From IMG/VR virus record IMGVR_UViG_3300028394_000001, positions 1-64,000 of that record: DNA of 64,000 nt; one strand, 5' to 3'. The first letter of the stretch is position 1, and every line of letters begins with the position of its first letter. Below the pieces are notes generated by a model. It made no database searches and was not told where the DNA came from. It saw nothing but the letters and a program-made list of their open reading frames with translations. The position numbers were made by a program, and so were the translations under genes. Of this stretch, positions 21,559 to 32,498 are shown one piece after another. The stretch is from a virus.

Positions 21559-22725
21559 ATGACAAACAGATTTAAACTGTCAGAAGCCGCTACTGCTATT
21601 CTAGAAGGTGCTAAAGAAACTTTCGATTCAAATATTGCAGCAAAGCGTGGACCAGGAGACAAAGGTGGAAAATTATCAGCATCTGTTGCTTATGGCACAC
21701 ATGATGCGGGTATTGTTGGCCAAGATGTTGACAAAATGGACGATGAATTGCCAGATTACCTAAAAGGTACTCCTTCAGCAACTCCTCCAGGTGCAACACC
21801 ACCCGTTAGTGCTGAAAAAGGTTCTAAACTAAAAGGACAACCACAAGAAACAATGGGTCGGAAAGACGTTATGCATCCAGCACAAGCTGATGCCAATAAC
21901 CGTGATGCAATCCGTGACCGTGTCGCTTCACCAAAAGCAAAACAAACAATGCAAGCAAATCCAGGCGCAACATTCCAATCATATGCAGAAGATTTGGATA
22001 TGTCTGATGATGTTAATGCTTTAATGGAAGGTGAAAACCTTTCGGAAGAATTCAAACAAAAGGCAACTACAATTTTCGAAGCAGCAGTTATGTCCCGCAT
22101 CGAAGTTATTGCTGAAGAAGTTGAAAAACAATTAGTTGAACAATTTGAATCTGCTGTTGAAGAAATTAAAGAAGAACTAGCAGGCAAAGTTGATGAGTAT
22201 CTAAACTATATGGTTAATGAGTGGATGGAACAAAATGAATTGGCTATTGAAAATGGCCTACGTTCCGAAATTGCAGAAGACTTCATTGGTGGTCTACGCA
22301 ACCTATTCATCGAACACTATATTGATATTCCAGAAGATAAAGTTGACGTTGTTTCAGAAATGGCACAAAAAGTTGCAGAACTTGAAGATGCTCTTAATGA
22401 ACAAATCACAAAAGGTATCGATTTAACTAAAAAGTTAAACGAGCAAAAGAAAGTCGAAGCCGTTTATGAAGCGTGCGAAGGCTTAACACAGACTCAAGTA
22501 GAAAAATTAAAATCACTCACAGAGGGTGTGGAATTTACTACGGAAGATGAATTCGCAAGCAAACTAGAAACTTTGAAGTCATCATATTTCAAAGAAGACT
22601 ATACAGTTGCAGATAATTCAGCTTTAGATGAAGAAGTTATAATCGAAGAAGAAAAGAAGACACCGCGTTCATCTGATCCTTCAATCGACCAATATGTCGC
22701 CGGTATTTCTAAATCACTAAAGTAA
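21559..22725 (+). CDS. gp22: Prohead scaffold protein
   Basis: KATTIFEAAV, VDEYLNY; acidic coiled coil; synteny. Confidence 0.92.
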   Translation: MTNRFKLSEAATAILEGAKETFDSNIAAKRGPGDKGGKLSASVAYGTHDAGIVGQDVDKMDDELPDYLKGTPSATPPGATPPVSAEKGSKLKGQPQETMGRKDVMHPAQADANNRDAIRDRVASPKAKQTMQANPGATFQSYAEDLDMSDDVNALMEGENLSEEFKQKATTIFEAAVMSRIEVIAEEVEKQLVEQFESAVEEIKEELAGKVDEYLNYMVNEWMEQNELAIENGLRSEIAEDFIGGLRNLFIEHYIDIPEDKVDVVSEMAQKVAELEDALNEQITKGIDLTKKLNEQKKVEAVYEACEGLTQTQVEKLKSLTEGVEFTTEDEFASKLETLKSSYFKEDYTVADNSALDEEVIIEEEKKTPRSSDPSIDQYVAGISKSLK

Positions 22726-22764
22726 TAAATAAAAAATCAATTTCACACTAAGGAGAAAACCCTC

Positions 22765-24111
22765 ATGTATATGACAGAAGAACTACAAAAAAAATGGGCC
22801 CCAGTTTTGGAACATCCAGAATTAGCATCCATTACCGACCCATACAAGAAAGCAGTTACTGCACTTGTTTTGGAAAACCAACACCAAGCAATGCGTCAAG
22901 ACCGTCAAGCACTTAATGAAACATTAACAGACAATGGTCCTACAAATGTTACAGGTGCTGGTGTTGCAAATTTCGATCCAATCTTAATCAGTTTGGTTCG
23001 TCGTTCATTGCCTAATCTAATTGCGTATGACGTTGCTGGTGTTCAACCAATGACTGGTCCTACAGGATTGATTTTTGCAATGCGTGCTCGTTATTCTCCA
23101 GCTGGAAATATGTCTGGTGCAGAAGCGTTCTACAACGAAGCAAACACAATCTTCTCTGGTAGCAATTCTACTGCAAACCCATACGGTTTCACAGGTACAA
23201 ATGCAACAGACGTTTCAACCAGTTTCCAAAACAATGCAAACACTGCAGCGGCTAATACCACTTCAGGTATTGCAATACCAACAGCTAGCGCAGAATTGTT
23301 AGGTTCAGAAGCAGGTGCAGCATTCCAACAAATGGCATTCTCTATCGAGAAAGTTACTGTTACTGCTCAAAGCCGTGCGTTGAAAGCTGAATACTCACTA
23401 GAACTTGCACAAGACTTGAAAGCTATCCACGGTTTGGATGCTGAAACAGAATTGAGCAACATTCTTTCTACTGAGATTCTTGCTGAAATCAACCGTGAAG
23501 TTATCCGTACAATCTACAACGTAGCAAAAATTGGTGCTCAATACGGTACAACTACTGCTGGATTTTTCGACCTTGACACTGACTCAAACGGCCGTTGGTC
23601 TGTTGAGCGTTTCAAAGGTTTGATTTTCCAAGTTGAACGTGATGCAAATGTAATTGCAAAACAAACTCGTCGTGGTAAAGGTAACGTAATGATCGTTTCT
23701 TCAGATGTTGCTTCCGCAATGGCAATGGCTGGCGTTCTTTCTTACACACCTGCTCTACAAACTGATTTACAAGTTGATGACACTGGTAACACCTTCGCAG
23801 GTTTGTTACACGGTCGTATCAAAGTGTACATTGATCCATACTATGGTGGTTACACATCTAACCAAGAATTGGTTACTATCGGTTATAAGGGTTCTTCTCC
23901 TTATGACGCTGGTATATTCTACTGCCCTTACGTTCCTCTACAAATGGTTCGTGCAGTTGACCAATTCACATTCCAACCAAAAATTGGATTCAAGACTCGT
24001 TACGGAATGGTTGCAAACCCATTCGCAGAAGGTCTAACAGCTGGTAACGGTAAATTAAATTCACAAGCAAATGTGTATTACCGTCTATTCGCAGTTAAGA
24101 ACTTGATGTAA
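22765..24111 (+). CDS. gp23: Major capsid protein
   Basis: GVQPMTGPTGLIFAMR, AQDLKAIHGLDAE, FQPKIGFKTRYG. Confidence 0.98.
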   Translation: MYMTEELQKKWAPVLEHPELASITDPYKKAVTALVLENQHQAMRQDRQALNETLTDNGPTNVTGAGVANFDPILISLVRRSLPNLIAYDVAGVQPMTGPTGLIFAMRARYSPAGNMSGAEAFYNEANTIFSGSNSTANPYGFTGTNATDVSTSFQNNANTAAANTTSGIAIPTASAELLGSEAGAAFQQMAFSIEKVTVTAQSRALKAEYSLELAQDLKAIHGLDAETELSNILSTEILAEINREVIRTIYNVAKIGAQYGTTTAGFFDLDTDSNGRWSVERFKGLIFQVERDANVIAKQTRRGKGNVMIVSSDVASAMAMAGVLSYTPALQTDLQVDDTGNTFAGLLHGRIKVYIDPYYGGYTSNQELVTIGYKGSSPYDAGIFYCPYVPLQMVRAVDQFTFQPKIGFKTRYGMVANPFAEGLTAGNGKLNSQANVYYRLFAVKNLM

Positions 24112-24138
24112 TCAGGGAACCTCCACAGAGAGGTATTT

Positions 24139-24168
24139 AAAAGGGAACTTTCGAGTTCCCTTTTTTTT
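24139..24168 (+). terminator. Intrinsic terminator after gp23
   Basis: GGGAACT-TTCG-AGTTCCC followed by T8. Confidence 0.92.
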
Positions 24169-24210
24169 GGCGCCTAAATAGGTGTATGTTAACTTATAAA
24201 GGAAATAATC

Positions 24211-24399
24211 ATGATTAAATTCATTAAATCTTTCTTCGGAAAAAGAGAATCAAAATTTGAACATCCATTGGATGCTGTTACAACCTCTAATGTGCCTGTA
24301 CCTGCTGATACTCCACCAATTGTTGAGACGGTTGTTGAAACACCTGTTGCAGAACCAACACAAAAGAAAAAACGCAATTACAACAAAAAGACTAAGTAA
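24211..24399 (+). CDS. Small hypothetical protein
   Basis: AAGGA SD; TAATG overlap with gp3. Confidence 0.6.
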   Translation: MIKFIKSFFGKRESKFEHPLDAVTTSNVPVPADTPPIVETVVETPVAEPTQKKKRNYNKKTK

Positions 24400-24926
24400 T
24401 GTCAGCTTTAACAAGAACACCAGAGAATACTAATCCGTTACAATCATCCAAATTTATTTTGGCGTTTAATAGATTGCCTACTGTACAGTATTTTTGCCAA
24501 GAAGCAAATTTACCTGGTGTTACTTTAGGTGTTATTGAATATGCAACACCCTTGCGTGATGTACCTATTGCGGGAAACAAACTATCTTACAATGAATTCG
24601 ACATAACTTTTATTGTGGATGAACAACTACAATCTTGGAATGAATTGTATAAATGGTTGTTGTCAATAGGGTCACCAAAAAGTTTAGAAGAAAGAAATAG
24701 ATTTAATCAGTTACAAAATCAATATACTAATAAAGATGAATATTATTCAGAAGCAACTTTAACTATTATGTCTTCTTTAAATAATCCATTATTGAGAGTA
24801 AATTACCATAGAATGTTTCCTATTTCAATTTCAGACATTAAGTTTGATACACAATTAGACGCAGACACAATTATAACGGCAACAGCATCATTTCAATATG
24901 AGTATTTTGATATAACACCAGCTTAA
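24399..24926 (+). CDS. gp3: Tail completion / sheath stabilizer
   Basis: YFCQEANLPG, FIVDE, FPISISDI. Confidence 0.9.
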   Translation: MSALTRTPENTNPLQSSKFILAFNRLPTVQYFCQEANLPGVTLGVIEYATPLRDVPIAGNKLSYNEFDITFIVDEQLQSWNELYKWLLSIGSPKSLEERNRFNQLQNQYTNKDEYYSEATLTIMSSLNNPLLRVNYHRMFPISISDIKFDTQLDADTIITATASFQYEYFDITPA

Positions 24927-24945
24927 CTTTTTTTTATTTTATATT

Positions 24946-25380
24946 ATGGAAAACCTTGAACAAATTTTAGAATACTGGACAGCCGATTCAGAAATAGACC
25001 AGACAGAACCCGGCAAAGAACTTCTAAAAATACCTAAACTACACAACAAGTATTTGTCTATACTTACGAAACACAAAATTGCATTCAAACGGATTCATTT
25101 TGATTACACCCGTATGCGTAAAATTAAATATGAATATTATTCAGGAAAAATGGACAAAGACGAACTTGAAAAATATGGTTGGCAACAGTTTGGGTATACT
25201 CTTAAATCTGATATGCCCACCTACTTAGAATCTGATAATGATTTAATCAAATTGCTTGAGAAAAAAATGTATCATGAGGAGGTAGTATCGGTGGTTGAAT
25301 CCATAATGGGTGAATTAAAACAACGCACATGGCAACTAAGAGAATATATCGCATGGGAGAGATTCATTGGAGGACAATAA
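24946..25380 (+). CDS. uvsY: Recombination mediator
   Basis: IPKLHNKYL, YEYYSGK; synteny. Confidence 0.9.
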   Translation: MENLEQILEYWTADSEIDQTEPGKELLKIPKLHNKYLSILTKHKIAFKRIHFDYTRMRKIKYEYYSGKMDKDELEKYGWQQFGYTLKSDMPTYLESDNDLIKLLEKKMYHEEVVSVVESIMGELKQRTWQLREYIAWERFIGGQ

Positions 25381-26881
25381 TCATATATTTATCTCTAAGG
25401 TCAATGAAGTATACTTGAAGATAAAATGTGAGAAACATATATCTCAAGAAATCTCAGAGTTTTTTACCTTCTTTGTTCCAGGTTATCAATTTGTTCCAGC
25501 TTATCGTAATAGAATATGGGATGGCAAAATCCGCCTGTTGGACCTGAGAACTAATCACCTATACATTGGATTAATAAAATATCTACAAGAGTTCTGTGAA
25601 TCTAGAGATTATACGATTGGTTACAGTAATGATTCGGATCATTTAGATATTGAAGATGAGTTTTCAGTTTATCATGCTAAAAAGTTTGCAGATAGTTTGC
25701 AACTTACATCAAGAGGCAAGAAGATTGAAATAAGAGACCATCAGGTTGATGCATTTTGCCATGCAATGCAAACTCGTAGAGCTCTATTGTTATCTCCTAC
25801 AGCATCAGGTAAATCACTAATCATATATTTGATTGTTCGACAATTAATCGACTATCAGAAATTAAAAGGACTGATTATTGTTCCAACAACTTCTTTGGTT
25901 GAACAATTATATTCAGATTTTGGTGATTATGCAGCTGAAACAGATTTTAAAAATGACAAACACATCCACAGAATTTATCAGGGTAAAGAAAAAGATACAG
26001 ACAAAGATGTAACTATTTCTACATGGCAATCGTTATATAAAATGCCTAAAGAGTATTTTGAACAATTTGACTATGTTATTGGTGATGAAGCGCATTTATT
26101 CAAGGCTCAATCACTTACAAGCATTTTAACTGCATGTACCAACGCAAAGTATCGAATAGGACTCACTGGAACGCTTGACGGCACTAAGACGCACAAGTTA
26201 GTATTGGAAGGGCTCTTCGGTTCAACCAAGCGCGTTATAACGACAAAAGAACTAATTGACAAGAATGAACTATCAAAATTTGAAATAAAGTGTCTTATTT
26301 TGAAACATCCAGATGAAATTTGCTTGGAAATGAAAAGCAAAGACTATCAGGAAGAAATACAATATCTTATTGCGAACGAACAAAGAAATAAGTTCATTAA
26401 GAATCTTGCGGTTAGTTTAGGTAATAATACACTTATATTATATCAAATGGTTGCCAAGCATGGACAAATCCTCTATGATATGATTAAGAACACCGAGAAA
26501 ATTGGTGAACGAAAGGTCTTTTTCATTTCAGGTAAAACAGAAACAGACGATAGAGAAAGTATTAGGAAAATTATGGAGACAGAAAATGACGCTATTGTTG
26601 TGGCTTCTTTTGGTACCTTTAGTACTGGTATTAATATTAGGAACTTGCATAATATTATTTTTGCATCACCTTCTAAAAGTAGAGTCAGGAATCTACAGTC
26701 TATTGGCCGAGGATTAAGGCAAAATGAAGGAAAAGAAATTGCAACTCTCTATGATATTGCGGATGATTTACGTTATAAAAAACATATGAATTTTACATTA
26801 AAACATTTCGTTGAAAGAGTGAAGATATATACTGATGAGAAGTTCCCATTTAAAACCTATAAGATAGGACTAAAGAAATGA
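25367..26881 (+). CDS. uvsW: SF2 DNA helicase
   Basis: SPTASGKS, DEAH, QSIGRGLR. Confidence 0.95.
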   Translation: MEDNNHIFISKVNEVYLKIKCEKHISQEISEFFTFFVPGYQFVPAYRNRIWDGKIRLLDLRTNHLYIGLIKYLQEFCESRDYTIGYSNDSDHLDIEDEFSVYHAKKFADSLQLTSRGKKIEIRDHQVDAFCHAMQTRRALLLSPTASGKSLIIYLIVRQLIDYQKLKGLIIVPTTSLVEQLYSDFGDYAAETDFKNDKHIHRIYQGKEKDTDKDVTISTWQSLYKMPKEYFEQFDYVIGDEAHLFKAQSLTSILTACTNAKYRIGLTGTLDGTKTHKLVLEGLFGSTKRVITTKELIDKNELSKFEIKCLILKHPDEICLEMKSKDYQEEIQYLIANEQRNKFIKNLAVSLGNNTLILYQMVAKHGQILYDMIKNTEKIGERKVFFISGKTETDDRESIRKIMETENDAIVVASFGTFSTGINIRNLHNIIFASPSKSRVRNLQSIGRGLRQNEGKEIATLYDIADDLRYKKHMNFTLKHFVERVKIYTDEKFPFKTYKIGLKK

Positions 26882-27249
26882 ATAACATCAAAGTAGTCAG
26901 ATTATTAGATGGCACAGACGTTGTATCTGTGATTGATGAAATTAAAACTGGAGTATTTCTTCTAATTAATCCTATGGAATTTCAAGTTCAAGTTCGCGGG
27001 CAAGCATCTCATATTACTTTAGCTCCGTACTTACCCTTTCAATTTGTTGAAAAGAATGAAGTTGTTATTTACGCAAAAGATGTTGTTTTTTCGACAACAC
27101 CAAAAGAAGAATTTGCCGAGTATTATGAAACCTCTGTAGAACAACTCCTCGAAAATGCAAATGAAGAAGAACCTATACCTGAGAGAATTAAAGACCTAAT
27201 GATTAAGGCATTTATTGCTCTTGATCCAGAAGAAAAGGTATTACATTAA
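26878..27249 (+). CDS. Conserved T4-like hypothetical protein (Sm-like)
   Basis: IKVVRLLDGTDVV; lies between uvsW and gp55. Confidence 0.6.
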   Translation: MNNIKVVRLLDGTDVVSVIDEIKTGVFLLINPMEFQVQVRGQASHITLAPYLPFQFVEKNEVVIYAKDVVFSTTPKEEFAEYYETSVEQLLENANEEEPIPERIKDLMIKAFIALDPEEKVLH

Positions 27250-27320
27250 TTTAAATGGTCAACACCGGGAGACTAACATTAGTCAAGCCCTTTTGTCAAC
27301 ACATATTTTGGTATACTTGA

Positions 27321-27920
27321 ATGAGCTCTAAACATTACATTAATAACGCAACCTTCCTACAAGAACTTCTGGCATACAAAGAACGCAAGTCTAAGAATCC
27401 AAAAGAACCAATACCAAATTATATTGGTGAATGCTGGATGAAAATTGCCGAAGGCCTATCACACAAACCAAACTTCATTAGTTATTCCTACAGAGATGAA
27501 ATGATTTCTGATGGTATTGAAAACTGTTTGATGTACTTTGAGAACTTCAATCCAGCTAAGTCTTCCAATCCATTTGCATACTTCACACAGATTATATACT
27601 TTGCATTCCTTAGACGTATCCAAAAAGAAAAGAAACAAACTTATATCAAGTACAAGTCTACAGCTCAGATGGGCATCCTAAGTGAATATGAGATGCAGGA
27701 CTTAGATTCAGGAGGCACTAAGCAGTTTGAATTGTATGATAACATTGCCGATTTCATTGAAGTCTATGAGTTGGGGCAATCCAAGAAAAAGGCGGAGAAA
27801 AAGAATGCCAAAAAACCAAAGGGCATTGAGGCATTCTTGGAACCTGAAGGTGAAATGGCATTAATACTTGCAGAAAAGGCATTCTTGAACGATAAAGAAG
27901 AAAATTTCTTGACAAGATGA
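27321..27920 (+). CDS. gp55: Late sigma factor
   Basis: HYINN, EMISDGIEN, NPFAYFTQIIYFAFLRRIQKEK. Confidence 0.96.
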   Translation: MSSKHYINNATFLQELLAYKERKSKNPKEPIPNYIGECWMKIAEGLSHKPNFISYSYRDEMISDGIENCLMYFENFNPAKSSNPFAYFTQIIYFAFLRRIQKEKKQTYIKYKSTAQMGILSEYEMQDLDSGGTKQFELYDNIADFIEVYELGQSKKKAEKKNAKKPKGIEAFLEPEGEMALILAEKAFLNDKEENFLTR

Positions 27921-27937
27921 ACCTTTTAGATTATAAT
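27909..27937 (+). promoter_or_regulatory. sigma70-type promoter, perfect consensus, upstream of gp47/46
   Basis: TTGACA-17 nt-TATAAT. Confidence 0.75.
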
Positions 27938-28345
27938 GAGAAAAACCTTGGTATAATTTCTGGATTAATCCTTAAAAATTTAACCCATGACCTGTTACCT
28001 AGGAAATGGTGGGGTAAAAACTCCACCAATCCATTATTTGGTCATTGCCATAACGCTACTGGTTGTTTATATAAGATTTTTGGATACAAAGCAATGCACA
28101 CCTATAAAGCTCTAGACTATGAAGATGTTTGGCATTGGTGGGCCATTGATAAAGAAAACAAGATTATAGACTTGACCGCTGGACAATATACAAGTAGAGG
28201 AAAGAATCCTCCTTATGCGGAAGGTAACAAGGCAAGTTTGTTAGGGTTTGAATACCGCAAAAGAATTTTAAGACTTACAGATAGGGTAATGTGTGAATAT
28301 GAAAGTAGCAATAATCACGGATCAACATTTTGGAGCCAGGAATGA
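27917..28345 (+). CDS. Hypothetical protein, possible Cys-His-Asp transglutaminase-like fold
   Basis: GHCH...HWW...IIDLTAGQY. Confidence 0.55.
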   Translation: MNLLDYNEKNLGIISGLILKNLTHDLLPRKWWGKNSTNPLFGHCHNATGCLYKIFGYKAMHTYKALDYEDVWHWWAIDKENKIIDLTAGQYTSRGKNPPYAEGNKASLLGFEYRKRILRLTDRVMCEYESSNNHGSTFWSQE

Positions 28346-29369
28346 CTCCGTTCACTTTTTGGATTACTATGAAAAATTTTATGATGAAACATTTTTTCCT
28401 GCTATCACAAGTGCCAACATTAATACTGTCCTTATTCTTGGTGACACGTTTGATAGGCGCAAATATGTAAACTTCTACTCACTCAAAAGAACAAAAGAAA
28501 TGTTCTTTGATAAGTTGGCCGAACTAGGTATTGAAGTACATATGCTGGCAGGTAACCACGATACATATTTCAAGAATACGAATGATGTTAACTCCGTAGA
28601 TTTATTATTGAGAGAGTATGGCAATATAAATGTGATTGACCATCCAGTAAACATATATGTTGGTCCTCATAAAGTTTGTATGATGCCTTGGATTTGTCCA
28701 GAAAACTATGAAGATAGTATGGAGACATTGAAAGAAACCGATGCAGAGATATGCATGGGACATTTTGAAATTGCAGGTTTTGCCATGCATCGTGGCATGC
28801 CATCTGAAGAAGGATTGAATCGTGGATTATTTAGGAAGTTTACACATACTTTTAGTGGTCATTATCACCATAAATCTAGTGCTAACGATATACATTATCT
28901 CGGGAACCCGTATGAGCTTACTTGGCAAGACTATGGCGATGATAGGGGCTTTCACATCTTTGATTTTGGAAGCAAAGAACTTACTTTCATAAAGAATCCA
29001 AATGTGATGTTTCACCGAATTGTCTATGATGACAAAACTGAAACAATCCAAGAAGTTATGGCAAAAGACCTGAGTAAGTTTGCCGGTTCGTATGTGAAAG
29101 TGGTCGCAGTCAATAAGACCAATCCATACTTGTTCGACCAGTTTATGAACAAACTCTATATGGTAAATCCACTCGATATTACCATTATTGAAGACGCTTT
29201 AGACTTGACAGAAGGTGTAGAAGATGATAAGATAGATGAAGCAGAGGATACAATAACCATCATTAACAAATACGTTGATGCATTGGAAAACTCCGGTATC
29301 GATAACACAAAACTAAAGACTATGTTAAAAGAACTTTATGTTGAGGCATTGAACTTAGAACAAGCATGA
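28299..29369 (+). CDS. gp47: Recombination endonuclease subunit (Mre11/SbcD-like)
   Basis: TDQHFG, GDTFD, GNHD, SGHYH. Confidence 0.95.
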   Translation: MKVAIITDQHFGARNDSVHFLDYYEKFYDETFFPAITSANINTVLILGDTFDRRKYVNFYSLKRTKEMFFDKLAELGIEVHMLAGNHDTYFKNTNDVNSVDLLLREYGNINVIDHPVNIYVGPHKVCMMPWICPENYEDSMETLKETDAEICMGHFEIAGFAMHRGMPSEEGLNRGLFRKFTHTFSGHYHHKSSANDIHYLGNPYELTWQDYGDDRGFHIFDFGSKELTFIKNPNVMFHRIVYDDKTETIQEVMAKDLSKFAGSYVKVVAVNKTNPYLFDQFMNKLYMVNPLDITIIEDALDLTEGVEDDKIDEAEDTITIINKYVDALENSGIDNTKLKTMLKELYVEALNLEQA

Positions 29370-31081
29370 TTATTTTTCAGACGATTAGATGGAAGAACCT
29401 ATTGTCCACAGGCAATACGTTTACTGAAATCAAATTAAACAAGTCAACAAACACATTGATTATTGGCAACAATGGTGCAGGCAAGAGTACGATTCTTGAT
29501 GCATTGTGTTTTGGCCTGTTTGGTAAGCCGTTTCGTAAGATAAACAAACCAAATCTTGTAAACTCAATTAACAACTCCGATACTGTGGTCGAAGTTGAAT
29601 TCACAATTGGTAAAAAAGAATATAAGATTGTTCGTGGAATTAAACCAAATTTGTTCGAAATTTACTGCAATTCTATTCTGGTAAATCAGGATGCCAGGGC
29701 GAAAGATTATCAAGATTTCCTAGAAAAATCAATTTTGAAGTTTAATTTCAAATCTTTTACTCAAATCGTTATTCTTGGATCGGCAGCATTCGTACCATTT
29801 ATGCAATTGTCACCAGCTGACCGGCGTACTATCATCGAAGAATTATTGGATATTCAAATCTTTACTTCAATGAATGGTCTAATCAAAGAAAGAATGGCGA
29901 CAATCAAAGAGTCCACAACAAAAACAAAGTATGCACTTGAATTGGTGAGTGAAAAGATACTGTTGCAGGAACACAACATTGAAGAACACAAGAAAAACAA
30001 TGATGAAGAAATTGCCAAAAAGAAACAAGAAATTGCAGACAATGAGTTAATTAACTCAAAGTTAACAAAAAATATTTTACTGATTAACAAACACATTGAA
30101 AAACTATCTACCAAAATCACTGACAAATTGGATGTTGAAAAACGATACAAAAAGTTTGTACAAGTTGAAGCTAAAATGTCATCCACTTATTTGAAAGTGG
30201 AGAAGGACATTCAATTCTATGAACACAATGATGATTGTCCTACATGCAAACAAGTAATTACAACAGAGTGGAAAAGTTCTCAGGTAGAAGAAAAGCAAAA
30301 CAAGAAAACAGAAATAGAAGGTGCTTTGGAAACCATCATAGATGAAATGTCAAAACTCACCACCAGAACCAATGAAATAATTGCCATCAACAAACATATC
30401 ACAGAACATAACAATGAGGTCGTCAAACACAATTCTACAATCACTGCCGTCAATAACTATATCGTTAAATTGAATAGAGAAATTAAAGAATTGGGTGAAC
30501 GCAAGGACAACCTAACAGATGTAAATGCGAAGTTAAAAGAACTCAGGTTAGAGTTGGCCAATTTGGAGAAAGAACAGGAAGACCTGTCTGTTGATAAACA
30601 CTATCATGAATATGCAGCTTCTCTGCTGAAAGATAATGGCATCAAGACTAAGATTATCAAACAGTATTTGCCAATCATAAACAAGTTTGTCAACAAGTAC
30701 CTGAAGGCTATGGACTTCTTTGTTAATTTTAATTTGAATGAGAATTTTGAAGAAACAATCAAATCTAGGCACCGTGATGAGTTTAGTTATTCCAACTTCT
30801 CTGAAGGTGAAAAGATGCGTATTGATTTGGCTTTATTGTTCACATGGAGACAGATTGCAAAACTAAAAAATTCAACGAACACAAACCTATTGATACTAGA
30901 TGAGGTGTTTGATTCTAGCCTAGATACAGTAGGTACAGATGAATTTTTGAAACTGATACATGAGATGGGACAAGATACAAACATATTTGTTATCTCCCAC
31001 AAAGGCGACCAACTCTTTGACAAGTTTAGGTCTATCGTAAAATTTGAAAAGAAGAATAACTTCTCACAGGTAGTAAAATGA
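29366..31081 (+). CDS. gp46: Recombination ATPase subunit (Rad50/SbcC-like)
   Basis: GNNGAGKST, CPTC hook, FSEGEK, LDEVFD. Confidence 0.96.
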   Translation: MIIFQTIRWKNLLSTGNTFTEIKLNKSTNTLIIGNNGAGKSTILDALCFGLFGKPFRKINKPNLVNSINNSDTVVEVEFTIGKKEYKIVRGIKPNLFEIYCNSILVNQDARAKDYQDFLEKSILKFNFKSFTQIVILGSAAFVPFMQLSPADRRTIIEELLDIQIFTSMNGLIKERMATIKESTTKTKYALELVSEKILLQEHNIEEHKKNNDEEIAKKKQEIADNELINSKLTKNILLINKHIEKLSTKITDKLDVEKRYKKFVQVEAKMSSTYLKVEKDIQFYEHNDDCPTCKQVITTEWKSSQVEEKQNKKTEIEGALETIIDEMSKLTTRTNEIIAINKHITEHNNEVVKHNSTITAVNNYIVKLNREIKELGERKDNLTDVNAKLKELRLELANLEKEQEDLSVDKHYHEYAASLLKDNGIKTKIIKQYLPIINKFVNKYLKAMDFFVNFNLNENFEETIKSRHRDEFSYSNFSEGEKMRIDLALLFTWRQIAKLKNSTNTNLLILDEVFDSSLDTVGTDEFLKLIHEMGQDTNIFVISHKGDQLFDKFRSIVKFEKKNNFSQVVK

Positions 31082-31857
31082 ATTTTCGTGAATATTTAAT
31101 GCACCATAAACAAGTGGTTGATGCTGAAGTTGAGGGATGGTTTTATCCTATTGATATTGTTATTCTTTATGGAATTTTTAATGAAATCCAAAAAGATTTA
31201 ACTGGCGACTTGTGTGAAATTGGTGTTGCTTATGGTAAGAGCGCAATAACTGTTTCCAATTTTAAACAACCAAAAGATAATTTGTATCTGTATGATATAT
31301 TTTCTGAAGATATAAAAAACAAAGCTTATGAAAATATTAAAAAATTTGGCAAAGATAAAAACATAATTTGGAGAATACAAGATACCACTGATTTAAGATT
31401 TGAGAATTTAGATTTTGAAAACAATCTCAAATTCCTGCACGTTGATGGTTGCCACGAACACTCTGTTGTTTTGAATGACTTGACGGTGTTCTCAGCTAAG
31501 ATGAAAGAATGGGGTATCATTTGTGTGGATGATTTCAATGACTATGAATATCCTGGTGTCAATAGTGCGGTCTGTCAATTTATATTTTCAAAACATAACT
31601 ACAATAATTGGAAAATATTTGCAATAGGACATAACAAAGCTTTTCTATGTCAACAAAAATACCATAAAGACTATCAAGTATCACTTTTGAATTATATGGA
31701 AAAATCAAAAATGGAAATGAATATTCCTGAAGAAATTGAAGTTGCTTATGGGGTTAGAGAAATATATGATACAAATGTATTGTTATTCAATTCCAGAATG
31801 AAATGGTCAATCGATGAGGCTTATGGTAATCTTTTTAAAAAACCTAAGGTGGTGTAA
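31078..31857 (+). CDS. Class I SAM-dependent methyltransferase (Methyltransf_24-like)
   Basis: EIGVAYGKS, HVDGCHE, VDDF. Confidence 0.8.
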   Translation: MNFREYLMHHKQVVDAEVEGWFYPIDIVILYGIFNEIQKDLTGDLCEIGVAYGKSAITVSNFKQPKDNLYLYDIFSEDIKNKAYENIKKFGKDKNIIWRIQDTTDLRFENLDFENNLKFLHVDGCHEHSVVLNDLTVFSAKMKEWGIICVDDFNDYEYPGVNSAVCQFIFSKHNYNNWKIFAIGHNKAFLCQQKYHKDYQVSLLNYMEKSKMEMNIPEEIEVAYGVREIYDTNVLLFNSRMKWSIDEAYGNLFKKPKVV

Positions 31858-31859
31858 AA

Positions 31860-32498
31860 ATGAGTGAAGAATTTAAATATAGTACAGAAGAAGTTGTAAA
31901 ACAACGTGCAACGGCAACAAAACAAGAACCTAAAATTTTTGATTTGGTTGCAGAAGATGCAGAAATCCTTAGGCAAAAAATGCCGGAATTTAATTTTGAA
32001 AATCCACCCGTGAATGCCAACGAATTTGCATCCACTTTGGTGGAAACTTGTAAAAAGAATGGAGGCCTAGGATTATCCGCAAATCAGTGTGGGTTTCCTT
32101 ATCGTATATTTGTCATGGGTGCCAATGATGAATATGTGGCATTTGTTAATCCTAAAGTTGTTTCATCTGAAGGTGAAGCACACATGATTGAAGGATGTCT
32201 ATCTTTTCCACTTCTAGGACTTAGAATTACGAGACCGCAGGATATTGTGGTAGAATACCAAGATTTTCTAGGTGCAAAACATACCACAAGACTTAATGGT
32301 ATATCTGCAAGGTGTTTTCTCCACGAGCTTGACCATATGGATGGAATAGTATATACTGACCGTGCAAAGCCTTTGGCGCTTAAATCTGGCCAAGATAAAC
32401 GTCAGAAAACTATTAGAAATATTTCTAAAGCACAAGCTAATTATATGAACATGATGAAGAAAATTGAGAAACAAGATAATGGCAAAAAAACCAATTGA
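31860..32498 (+). CDS. def: Peptide deformylase
   Basis: GLGLSANQCG, EGCLS, HELDH. Confidence 0.93.
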   Translation: MSEEFKYSTEEVVKQRATATKQEPKIFDLVAEDAEILRQKMPEFNFENPPVNANEFASTLVETCKKNGGLGLSANQCGFPYRIFVMGANDEYVAFVNPKVVSSEGEAHMIEGCLSFPLLGLRITRPQDIVVEYQDFLGAKHTTRLNGISARCFLHELDHMDGIVYTDRAKPLALKSGQDKRQKTIRNISKAQANYMNMMKKIEKQDNGKKTN

